Positions 19,816 through 28,458 of a DNA stretch of 54,080 nucleotides are shown here, one piece after another. The notes below the pieces were generated by a model, which did no database searches, was not told the DNA's origin, and worked only from the letters and a program-made list of their open reading frames with translations. The stretch's first letter is position 1. The number at the start of each line of letters is the position of its first letter. Origin of the DNA: a virus (taxonomy: Duplodnaviria; Heunggongvirae; Uroviricota; Caudoviricetes); IMG/VR virus record IMGVR_UViG_3300028886_000034, positions 1-54,080 of that record. One strand, 5' to 3'. A program made the translations under genes and the position numbers.

Positions 19816-20020
19816 ATACCTGGTAGAAAAATGCTACACTAGAAATAACTGCAATAACCATACAAACTGCAACGCATACCCAGCTTCCGAATACAAACGA
19901 CACTAGCATACCCACAACGGAAATCGCACTAACTACCCCAAGCACAAGAAGAGACATGATATCTTTAGTCATCTTATTACCCTCCTCAGTCATCAATATA
20001 GAACGTTGGTGTATCAGCAT
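19796..20020 (-). CDS. small two-TM membrane protein
   Basis: ORF track; hydrophobic; true start probably ATG after GAGGAGGG. Confidence 0.6.
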   Translation of the reverse strand: MLIHQRSILMTEEGNKMTKDIMSLLVLGVVSAISVVGMLVSFVFGSWVCVAVCMVIAVISSVAFFYQVCDMEGE

Positions 20021-20195
20021 CAGTTACCTGATAATCAAAATCCTTATCCAGAATTTCTTTTACCTCACTGATAATACACTGAGCCCTCTCCGCATTATCA
20101 TTATCATCCTTATCCGCCAAACTCGCCTGAAGCACATACATTTCTTGATACACATATATGAGCTTATTAATAAGATTCAAATCCGCCTTAACCAT
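19986..20195 (-). CDS. small acidic hypothetical protein
   Basis: Start moved to ATG 20195 after AAGGAGG. Confidence 0.6.
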   Translation of the reverse strand: MVKADLNLINKLIYVYQEMYVLQASLADKDDNDNAERAQCIISEVKEILDKDFDYQVTDADTPTFYIDD

Positions 20196-20208
20196 ATCAA
20201 ACTCCTCC

Positions 20209-20343
20209 TTACTGTTCCTGCAACTCAACAACCCACTCAACGTATTCGTCAAACGCCTTCAACAGCTTCTTGGCATCAAACTCCTTTCCGTTGATTTCCA
20301 CTTTATCCGCATGCTCCAGTTCTTTCACGAACTTTTCCCACAT
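20209..20343 (-). CDS. 44-aa protein MWEKFVKELEHADKVEINGKEFDAKKLLKAFDEYVEWVVELQEQ; first gene of the leftward unit
   Basis: Hand-translated; SD GGAGGTGG; resembles the N-terminus of 49591-49938. Confidence 0.6.
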   Translation of the reverse strand: MWEKFVKELEHADKVEINGKEFDAKKLLKAFDEYVEWVVELQEQ

Positions 20344-20382
20344 GCTACCACCTCCAATAAAATTAGAAGACTTTCAATACAA

Positions 20383-20429
20383 TAACATAATATATATACA
20401 AAAGTTGACTTAGAACTTTGAACAAATAA
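20383..20429. repeat. 46-bp element, copy 2 (47 nt here)
   Basis: TAACATAATATATATACAAAAGTTGACTTAGAACTTTGAACAAATAA; same orientation as copy 1, again at a divergent junction. Confidence 0.9.
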
Positions 20430-20442
20430 AGAGGTGATTACT

Positions 20443-20988
20443 ATAAGATATAGAGAATTAATCCATTATCTCTTTGATAGAAGTATAAATTTCTTTGATA
20501 TTCACTTCAATATAGACTTAAACTATATGCACTGTAGATGTACTGACTATATTATAGATAACTTTGGTAATAAGGATATTCAATTATCTAAGGATATTAC
20601 TAAACATGCTGGTTGTTGGTGTGGTGAAAAACATATTGTATATCTAAGACCTAAAGTATTTAGGTATAGATGTAAAGGTCATACACCTAAAGAAAGAAAT
20701 AAATATATTGTAAAAATTATTTCTCACGAATTAGGTCATGAACTTTATAATAATCATCACTATAGCTTAAAAGAACTGAATGTTCCAGTTATAAAAACTG
20801 ACTATGCTAAATCATATAGAAAGTATGATATAGCCTTATATAAAGAAGAATTATATGCTGACAGTATTGGATTATATGTAGCATCTAAATTATACCCAGA
20901 TACTGAAAACATTCTTTTAGATAAAAATTTATACCGGGAGAGTTACTTTACATTATATGGAAAAAATTACTTACTCACTGACTATTAA
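20443..20988 (+). CDS. HExxH zinc metallopeptidase-like protein (ImmA/IrrE/M78-like)
   Basis: IISHELGHEL...EELYADSIG. The track GTG 20434 is inside the GAGGTGA SD; in-frame ATA 20443 lies 5 nt downstream of it. Confidence 0.65.
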   Translation: MRYRELIHYLFDRSINFFDIHFNIDLNYMHCRCTDYIIDNFGNKDIQLSKDITKHAGCWCGEKHIVYLRPKVFRYRCKGHTPKERNKYIVKIISHELGHELYNNHHYSLKELNVPVIKTDYAKSYRKYDIALYKEELYADSIGLYVASKLYPDTENILLDKNLYRESYFTLYGKNYLLTDY

Positions 20989-21232
20989 GTATAGAGATAT
21001 TGTCACAGATCTTTATGTATCTTTAACTAAAGACAACCATTTTGCAACTATCAATGACCATCTATATGTAAGGTATTATCCTGACTTAAATATAGTCAAG
21101 TTCTTTACTGTTTATATTGATAAAGAAATCTATGAAACTGAAGCTTGTATTAAAGAAGATAACTTATCTAATGATAGTTTTAACTTTTTAACAACTATTG
21201 ACAATATCTTGTACAACATTAAGAGACTTTAA
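20957..21232 (+). CDS. hypothetical protein
   Basis: ORF track. Confidence 0.55.
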   Translation: MEKITYSLTIKYRDIVTDLYVSLTKDNHFATINDHLYVRYYPDLNIVKFFTVYIDKEIYETEACIKEDNLSNDSFNFLTTIDNILYNIKRL

Positions 21233-21268
21233 AAAATAAAAATTATAGAAGGGGTGTTTATTTAATCA

Positions 21269-21919
21269 ATGATTATTTACCGTTCAATTGAAGACACTAA
21301 TAAGACCATTCGAATTTATGACCTCAAGAAGATGTATCCTAATATTTCATTTCCTAAAGAGGTTACTAATGAGCAGTTAGCATTTCTCAATATTCCATAT
21401 ACTGCTGAAGAGTATGTTCCTCCTACTCCTCCTGAGCCTACCTTAGATGAACTTAAATCTCAGAAAGCTAGAGCTATTCAGGATAGATCTAATATGCTTA
21501 TGAAGCAGATCAGTGAAGGTTATTCTGATGGCGAGATTAAGACCTTTGAGCAGCAGAACTTAGGTGCGTTGGATATCCTTAATAATAACTTTGATACTGA
21601 GAATGCTCAGTTTGTCATTAGCTTACTTAAGGTTAGAATTAATAACTCCAATCCTACTAATGATGATATAATCACTTTTGCAAATAGAATTAGAACCAAT
21701 TATACTAATGCTTCAGTGTATACTTCATTAGTTGTTGGTATCCAGCAGCACTTAGAATTGTTAGTTAGAGAAGCTTCTACTAAAGAAGAAGTTGATGCTA
21801 TTGATTCTAACTTTATTCCAGTTATGCCTACTCAAGAAGAAACTCCTACACCTGTAGTTGAGGAAGAAGAAGGAGAACCTGAAGCTGAAACTGACCCAGA
21901 AGTAGATCCAGCTGAGTAA
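21269..21919 (+). CDS. tail-fibre-associated protein (DUF4376-like) with acidic Pro/Glu tail
   Basis: MYPNISFPK..T.E.L...PEPTLDELK..K...ASTKEEVDAI; paralog pattern with 11163-11678 and 27185-27700. Confidence 0.6.
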   Translation: MIIYRSIEDTNKTIRIYDLKKMYPNISFPKEVTNEQLAFLNIPYTAEEYVPPTPPEPTLDELKSQKARAIQDRSNMLMKQISEGYSDGEIKTFEQQNLGALDILNNNFDTENAQFVISLLKVRINNSNPTNDDIITFANRIRTNYTNASVYTSLVVGIQQHLELLVREASTKEEVDAIDSNFIPVMPTQEETPTPVVEEEEGEPEAETDPEVDPAE

Positions 21920-21983
21920 AAATTACACTAAACATATATCAAAACTTATCACAATATTGTGATATACATATGAATCAAAACAT

Positions 21984-22019
21984 AAAAAAGAGAACAGCCA
22001 ATCGGCTGTTCTCTTTTTT
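21984..22019. terminator. bidirectional terminator
   Basis: AAAAAAGAGAACAGCC-AATC-GGCTGTTCTCTTTTTT, perfect 16-bp arms. Confidence 0.85.
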
Positions 22020-22436
22020 TTATTTCAATAGTATATGACACAGACTACGATCCTTATTCTCTCCTTCAACGTTTATAATAATACCGTTATATTCTGAATC
22101 AAATAATCTGTCAAAGGGTCTAAATATCAGTTTATCTTTATCAAATAAAACTTTCTTTCCAATTAAATTACCATTTCCATTAACCCATATACAAATTTTT
22201 CCTGATATAGCTACTGGAACTTTAGATACTGCCCCTGTAATACCACCCAATATAAAAGATGGATTTAATGAAACGACACCAACATATTCTACTGGCTTTA
22301 GTTCAGTATTATTATCAAATGGTCTCACAATTCCATCAATGCAAATTCCTACCGGATCTCCATCGTTATATACGCACTCATGGTCTGCATCAAAAAGTTC
22401 AGCAATAGCATTGCTTGAAGTCATAATTATAAACAC
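22020..22436 (-). CDS. stand-alone tail-spike chaperone-like domain (peptidase G2/IMC-like)
   Basis: IAELF...GDPV...VGVVS.NPSFILG...VPVAISGK..V pattern. Confidence 0.5.
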   Translation of the reverse strand: MFIIMTSSNAIAELFDADHECVYNDGDPVGICIDGIVRPFDNNTELKPVEYVGVVSLNPSFILGGITGAVSKVPVAISGKICIWVNGNGNLIGKKVLFDKDKLIFRPFDRLFDSEYNGIIINVEGENKDRSLCHILLK

Positions 22437-22443
22437 ACCTTTC

Positions 22444-24276
22444 TTATTTATGAGTTACGGTAACTTGTCCATTAGATCTAGTTATATTATAATTTTCAAT
22501 AGCATCAAATTGAGAAGCTCTTGAAGACCAATTCGTAACAGTTTTAAATGTGTTTAGTAAAGCTCTAGGAACTAATATTTTACATGTAGTATTAAGATCG
22601 CCACAAGAACCATCATTCATTGGAAATTTAAAAGTTGATGAACTAATGATAAGATATTGAAGTTTTGTAGTATTATGAAATAAATCAGACATATCACTAT
22701 TATTAGTATTAAAATTTGATAAATCAACGACTTTTAAATTGCCACAACCATAAAACATTTTGCTCATTTTTACTCCTTCTACTGGTGTCCATCTAGATAA
22801 ATCTAAAGAAGTCAATTCCTCGCAATATTCAAACATATTAGTCATATCAGTTACTTTGGATACGTTCCAATTTGAAACATTTATAAATTCTAATGTATCC
22901 ATTGAATAAAACATATTAGTCATATCAGTTACATTAGAAGTATTCCAATTACTTAACGAATTAAGATTTGAAATAGCTTTACAATGCATAAACATGTATG
23001 CCATATTAGTTACATTAGAGGTATTCCAATTTGTTAAATTTAAAGAAGTTAATGATCTACAACCATAAAACATTTGATACATATTAGTTACTTTAGAAGT
23101 ATTCCATCTTGAAACATCTAATGTAGTTAATTTATCACAATTAGAAAATAAATTACTCATAGTGGTTACATTAGAAGTATTCCAGTTAGAGACATTTAAT
23201 GTAGTAAATCCTTGTGGCATGGTAAAATATGAACCAAACATATATGTCATATTAGTTACTTTAGAAACATCCCAATTTGAAACATCTACAGTTGAAAGAT
23301 TTGGATTTCCATGAAACATATATGCCATATTAGTTACTTTAGAAGTATTAAATCTAGAAACATTTAATGTAGTAAAAGATAATCTAGTCCCACTAGACCA
23401 ACTAGTAATACCAAACATACACGACATATCAGTTACATTAGAAGTGTCCCAATTTGAAACATCTACAGTAGTTAATTTAGTACATCCTGAAAATAAACCT
23501 GACATATTGGTTACTTTAGAAGTATTCCATCTTGAAACATCTAATGAAGTAAGTCCTACACTTTTACCAGAAATACCATGTTCTCCTCCAAACATATATG
23601 ACATATCAGTTACATTAGATACATTCCAATTTCGTACATTTAAAGTTTCAAGTTTTTCACATTTATAAAAAAGATGACTCATATTTGTAACTTTAGAAGT
23701 ATTCCAATTGGCTACATCTAATGTTGTAAATAAAGGACCACCTTGTCTACTAGCCCAATAATCTTCTCCAGCAAACATATGTGACATATCAGTAACATTA
23801 GATACATCCCAATTAGATACATTTAATGTTTTAAGTTTTTGACACATATAGAACATTTTACTCATATTAGTAACATTACTAGTATCCCAATTAGAAGCAT
23901 CTAAAGTAGTTAAATTAGAACAATTCTGAAACATCTCTGTCATATTGATGCCCCTGGCGTATTTAAGATAATTTACACCATCTTGTGTTAAATTAGTCCC
24001 AGTTTCATAATTATTTGTATCAAATTTATCCTTGTTATACTTTCCCCATCTCGACAGATCTTTTAAATTGCTATCTGCAATAGCATAAGTTGTTCCAGTA
24101 CTTTTCTTTTTATATCTTAACTCCGTAGCAAATGGATCTGTAGTAGGAACTAAATCAAAATAATATGTGCGACTACCTTTTTTTACACAGCCATACCCTT
24201 TCTTATTACTATCAGTTCTACAATCATTCATAGTATCATATAATGTTAACTGTTGATTTTTAAACTTAAATTTCAT
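22444..24276 (-). CDS. BspA/DUF285-like leucine-rich-repeat surface/adhesin protein (610 aa)
   Basis: About 15 repeats of L..LDVS.W.TS.VT.M..MF..C; non-repeat N-terminal ~100 aa; C-terminal ~70 aa shared with 28459-29181. Confidence 0.88.
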   Translation of the reverse strand: MKFKFKNQQLTLYDTMNDCRTDSNKKGYGCVKKGSRTYYFDLVPTTDPFATELRYKKKSTGTTYAIADSNLKDLSRWGKYNKDKFDTNNYETGTNLTQDGVNYLKYARGINMTEMFQNCSNLTTLDASNWDTSNVTNMSKMFYMCQKLKTLNVSNWDVSNVTDMSHMFAGEDYWASRQGGPLFTTLDVANWNTSKVTNMSHLFYKCEKLETLNVRNWNVSNVTDMSYMFGGEHGISGKSVGLTSLDVSRWNTSKVTNMSGLFSGCTKLTTVDVSNWDTSNVTDMSCMFGITSWSSGTRLSFTTLNVSRFNTSKVTNMAYMFHGNPNLSTVDVSNWDVSKVTNMTYMFGSYFTMPQGFTTLNVSNWNTSNVTTMSNLFSNCDKLTTLDVSRWNTSKVTNMYQMFYGCRSLTSLNLTNWNTSNVTNMAYMFMHCKAISNLNSLSNWNTSNVTDMTNMFYSMDTLEFINVSNWNVSKVTDMTNMFEYCEELTSLDLSRWTPVEGVKMSKMFYGCGNLKVVDLSNFNTNNSDMSDLFHNTTKLQYLIISSSTFKFPMNDGSCGDLNTTCKILVPRALLNTFKTVTNWSSRASQFDAIENYNITRSNGQVTVTHK

Positions 24277-27164
24277 TAGGCTTCCACCCAGAATTCGTCT
24301 CCATTAGGAAATACTAAATGGCCATCACTACTAAAAACTGAAGAACCAGATACAGACAACGTTCCATTATTAATTGCAAGCCCTGAACCAACTTTAATGC
24401 CACCTAAAGTCGTTGCAGATGCTGTAGGTAACGAATATGCATTAGCTCCAGCAGCAATTCCATCTAACTTTGATTTATCTGAAGTAGACATTAACCCAGC
24501 CGCAGATGCTGTAGCATTACCATAAGTAGTATCTTTAGCACTTAAAATACCGTTATCATCTATACTTAAATTAGATCCTACTTTAATACCACCTAATTTA
24601 GATGAACTTGCTATTGGCAAGGTATATGCATTTGCTCCCGACGCAATACTATCTAACTTAACTTTATCTTCTGGAGTCATTAATCCTGACGCTGTAGCAG
24701 TAACATCCGCATAAGCCTGAGCATCAGCAGATAAAACTCCATCAGCATCAATACTTAAATTAGTTCCTACCTTAATACCACCAAGAACATTTGTAGTTGC
24801 CTTAGGCAATGTATAGGTAAAATTATTAGCATTTTCAGAAATGGTATCAAGTTTTGCTTTATCAGCTGCTGACATAAGACCTGATATAACAGAAGTTGCA
24901 TTACTATAAACAGTATCTTTAGCAGATAATACCCCATCATTATCTATGCTTAAGTTCGTTCCTACTTTAATACCACCTAAAGTAGAACTATTAGCTGCTG
25001 TAAGAGTATATGTATATGCATTAGCATTAGCCTCAATAGTATCTAATTTAGCCTTATCTTCGGCAGACATAAGACCCGCTTTAGATGAAGTAGCATCAGT
25101 ATATGTAGTATCTTTAGTAACAAGAGTATCCTGTGAGCCATCACCTTTTGTAACTGTAATACTTTGCCCATCTATACTTAATTCCTTAATATACCCATCA
25201 CCAATCCTATCAATTTTAGATGCTAAGTTTGCTGTAAGAGCATTAGCCATATCAGCATTATTATTTAAAGCATCAGCTAATTCTTTTAAAGTATCTAATT
25301 GTTCTGGAGCACCATTTACTAAATTATCAATAGCTGTCTGTACAAATTCCGTAGTAGCAATTTGCTTATTATTTGTTCCTGCTTCAGCAGTTGGTGCTTT
25401 AGGGACACCAGTTAATATCGGAGATTCTTTAGCAGCATAGTCAATAAATGAAACATCCGTAGAAGTAATTACACCATCTTTAATATAAACTGGAACTGTT
25501 TCTGATCCAACAGTGGCATTAGACGCTGTAATAACACCATTTTCATTTGTATACACAGGTGTAACATCAGACCCAATTGAAACTGGAACATTAGCTTTAA
25601 CATATGCGGTTGTTGCAACTTTATCAGAATTATCTGTACTTTCTGGAGTTGGTGCTGTCGGAGTACCTGTAAAATGAGGAGAAACTAACTTAGCATAAAC
25701 ACTATCATAAGGAGTTCCACGTTCATCTAAAGTTAAGACATTTATACCATTTATATTAAATTTATATTCCTTACTTCTTGAAATATCAAAAACGGTATTT
25801 CCAAGTCTATCTGTACTAATTGTAAGATCTCCAGCCGTTAATCCAGCTGAAGTTACTGTTCCAGGAAAACTCGTATTTCCATCGGAATCAAGAAGTGCGG
25901 CCCTTCTAACTAAAGTATTAAACTTATTACCACTATACTGTGATACATAAATCGCTTCAGAAGTGGGACTATTAGCATCATCACCTGTGGCAATTTCTAA
26001 GAAACCTCTATCACTCGCAACTGATCCGGCACCCATTCTCCACATATCACTAAACGCCATAAGACCTGTTACTTGATTATAAATAACTTCCCCTCTTGGG
26101 TTTTCAGATGTGGACGCAGTAGAGTAAGGTCCTTCATTTCCATAAGCTAAAGTAACCGGACCATTTATTCTAAGCCCACTATGAAATTCTGTACCATCTT
26201 CAACATTTTTTATAAATACCAGTTTACTCTGGTCAGCAAGCTTAGTTTCAATATCTATGTCTTCAAAATTATGAACTTCAGCATCTCCGGAAACATCCCC
26301 AACCAAATGAACTCTGTATGCTCTGGTATAAACATAAGACTGCTCTTTTTCTAAATCATAACCAGTTCTAAAGCCATATTCATAACTGTTGTCAAAGTAT
26401 GATGTAATATCTGTATTAATATTCTGATAAGTTACGTAATCTTCAGGTTTCTTAAAACCAAATAAATCTGCATTAGCTGCTGAAGCTGCTTTTCCAACTG
26501 TAAGTTCTTCTGCTTTAACCCACTTTGGCCTTTCACCAGGTTCTGTAGCAACTATTATTGAAGGATACTCTAAACACTTCTGAATTGAAATCCCTTCTGG
26601 TTCTACAACTACTCCAGTAGGTAATGAACCAGAGATTTCAGCAAAAGAATACTTAAGTTCATTAGCTAATTTTTTAGGGTCTATAGTTATATTTAACTGT
26701 GTTGATCCTAATGCTACTTCAGTTTTATCTAAATTAACAAAACTATTGTTAAACTTTAATCCAACATATGCACCGGGTCCATTTGCATCAACTTGAATAG
26801 GAGTATTATCTGATTTCTTAGCAATTATTCTAGTAAAAGCTCTAGGCTCTATATAGTACTTCTTATCAATATCTCCATAGGATTCATTAGGTAAATCATA
26901 AATAGCGCCATATAATCCTTTTTGTTTTGCTTCCAAATATGCTCTCTTTTCAGAAGGAATATGTATAACCCATTCACTTTTAGCATTTGGAGTAAGCTCT
27001 TCATTTTCAACATAGCCAATGTTTTCACTATTATAAAAAATGTCAAATCTTCTTACATAAGAATGATGAGGAACTATATAGTGATTGTACTCTTCTCCAA
27101 CAGTAATTTCTAATTGTCTTAAGTATTCAACTACTGTATCTTTATTATCAAAAATATAGGCCAT
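24276..27164 (-). CDS. tail fibre protein (962 aa)
   Basis: SP.FTGTPTAPT...ATT.(Y/F)V repeats, GAP..LDTLKELADAL, and four ~64-aa repeats GLMS..DK.KLD.I...AN.Y.LP.A....LGGIKVG.NLSID. Confidence 0.88.
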   Translation of the reverse strand: MAYIFDNKDTVVEYLRQLEITVGEEYNHYIVPHHSYVRRFDIFYNSENIGYVENEELTPNAKSEWVIHIPSEKRAYLEAKQKGLYGAIYDLPNESYGDIDKKYYIEPRAFTRIIAKKSDNTPIQVDANGPGAYVGLKFNNSFVNLDKTEVALGSTQLNITIDPKKLANELKYSFAEISGSLPTGVVVEPEGISIQKCLEYPSIIVATEPGERPKWVKAEELTVGKAASAANADLFGFKKPEDYVTYQNINTDITSYFDNSYEYGFRTGYDLEKEQSYVYTRAYRVHLVGDVSGDAEVHNFEDIDIETKLADQSKLVFIKNVEDGTEFHSGLRINGPVTLAYGNEGPYSTASTSENPRGEVIYNQVTGLMAFSDMWRMGAGSVASDRGFLEIATGDDANSPTSEAIYVSQYSGNKFNTLVRRAALLDSDGNTSFPGTVTSAGLTAGDLTISTDRLGNTVFDISRSKEYKFNINGINVLTLDERGTPYDSVYAKLVSPHFTGTPTAPTPESTDNSDKVATTAYVKANVPVSIGSDVTPVYTNENGVITASNATVGSETVPVYIKDGVITSTDVSFIDYAAKESPILTGVPKAPTAEAGTNNKQIATTEFVQTAIDNLVNGAPEQLDTLKELADALNNNADMANALTANLASKIDRIGDGYIKELSIDGQSITVTKGDGSQDTLVTKDTTYTDATSSKAGLMSAEDKAKLDTIEANANAYTYTLTAANSSTLGGIKVGTNLSIDNDGVLSAKDTVYSNATSVISGLMSAADKAKLDTISENANNFTYTLPKATTNVLGGIKVGTNLSIDADGVLSADAQAYADVTATASGLMTPEDKVKLDSIASGANAYTLPIASSSKLGGIKVGSNLSIDDNGILSAKDTTYGNATASAAGLMSTSDKSKLDGIAAGANAYSLPTASATTLGGIKVGSGLAINNGTLSVSGSSVFSSDGHLVFPNGDEFWVEA

Positions 27165-27184
27165 ATCTTATTCAGTTCCCTTCT

Positions 27185-27700
27185 TTAAAAAGATATTCTA
27201 ATCCCTTCTAGATCTTCTTCATTAGAAGCATTATTAATCTGAATCTGATACTGCTTCATTTGCATATACACTCCAAACTGTTTATCCAGCATAGCCAGAT
27301 ATACTTTATTAACTGTATCTTTATCTAAATTCATATAAACATTATCATCAACATCAACTAAGACTCCATTATCAACAGATGCATCAGTCATCTTATCAAG
27401 CATAGCCCTAACCATCAAAAGATCTTTTTCTGCAAATAACATTCTGATAGTTGTTGTATCATTTAACTGAACTGAAACTGATCCACTAACTGCTGTATTA
27501 TATGCAGTTTGAAGCTCTAAAAGTTTCTTTTTCTTTTTATCTTCAAATGATTCTTCTGGTTCCACTTCTTCCTTAACAACAACTCCTCTTGCCATTAACA
27601 TGTCATCTGTTATTGTTTTTGGAAATGAAACATTCTTAAATACTTTCCTGAACTGATCAGGATCTGTATATGTTACTTCATTATAAACATAAATTTTTAT
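27185..27700 (-). CDS. tail-fibre-associated protein (DUF4376-like)
   Basis: NVSFPKTITDD.L...QINNAS.EEDLE.I. Track TTG 27709 is only 1 nt from AGGAGG; ATA 27700 is 10 nt from it and aligns with the paralog start (MKIY vs MIIY). Confidence 0.65.
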   Translation of the reverse strand: MKIYVYNEVTYTDPDQFRKVFKNVSFPKTITDDMLMARGVVVKEEVEPEESFEDKKKKKLLELQTAYNTAVSGSVSVQLNDTTTIRMLFAEKDLLMVRAMLDKMTDASVDNGVLVDVDDNVYMNLDKDTVNKVYLAMLDKQFGVYMQMKQYQIQINNASNEEDLEGIRISF

Positions 27701-27822
27701 TCTTGTCAAGCCTCCTTTTTATTACTATAGTGAAATTTGTACTAGTGCTACACTAACTGTCGGAGAGTATGCTACTGTTTTATCTAGTATAGGTATTGAC
27801 CTAATAGCTATAATTAATTATG

Positions 27823-28395
27823 TTATGCCGTCCAATCAATACAACAATCTTTAGCCAAATTATTGATTCTATTATACCAGCCTCTTCTAAACTTAGCTTG
27901 AGATGGTTTATTAGCAATAATATCATCATAGTATGCTTTTCTCTTAATAAGAATCATTCTAGCTAAATATGGAGTTTCTTCCAAAGCATCTAATCTATCT
28001 ACCGCTTCTTTAGAAAGTTTACCAAATTTACCATCAACTACTATACTAATATCATTAGATATTCCAGCCGAATTAATAGCTCTTTGGATAATTCTTGATC
28101 CTCCAATTATACCATGATTAACTACTGTATCAAATATCATATGATCTATTGGAGTAGGCATATCATCACAAAACATCTTATCCCAGTAATACTTCTTATA
28201 TATCTTTTCAGCATCACATTTCTTTAAAGTCCTTACTGTAACTGATGAATCAACTACACCTTCTCTTATAGCTTTATTTAATGTACTCTTTGTAATACCA
28301 AGATTGGTTTCTCCACCCATATCTAATGGGTCATTAACATAGCCACCTTCATATCTTAAAACTGAATTAAATGATTTCTGCCAATTTTCTAACAT
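27823..28395 (-). CDS. endolysin, glycoside hydrolase family 108 with C-terminal peptidoglycan-binding domain
   Basis: EGGYVNDPLDMGGETNLGIT, YKKYYWD, FD..VNHG, VDGKFG, KF.RGW.NRI. Confidence 0.92.
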   Translation of the reverse strand: MLENWQKSFNSVLRYEGGYVNDPLDMGGETNLGITKSTLNKAIREGVVDSSVTVRTLKKCDAEKIYKKYYWDKMFCDDMPTPIDHMIFDTVVNHGIIGGSRIIQRAINSAGISNDISIVVDGKFGKLSKEAVDRLDALEETPYLARMILIKRKAYYDDIIANKPSQAKFRRGWYNRINNLAKDCCIDWTA

Positions 28396-28458
28396 GTTTG
28401 AGTATCACCTTCTTTAAATATTTTTAGTCTAACCAGATAGCATAAATATTTGCATAAC

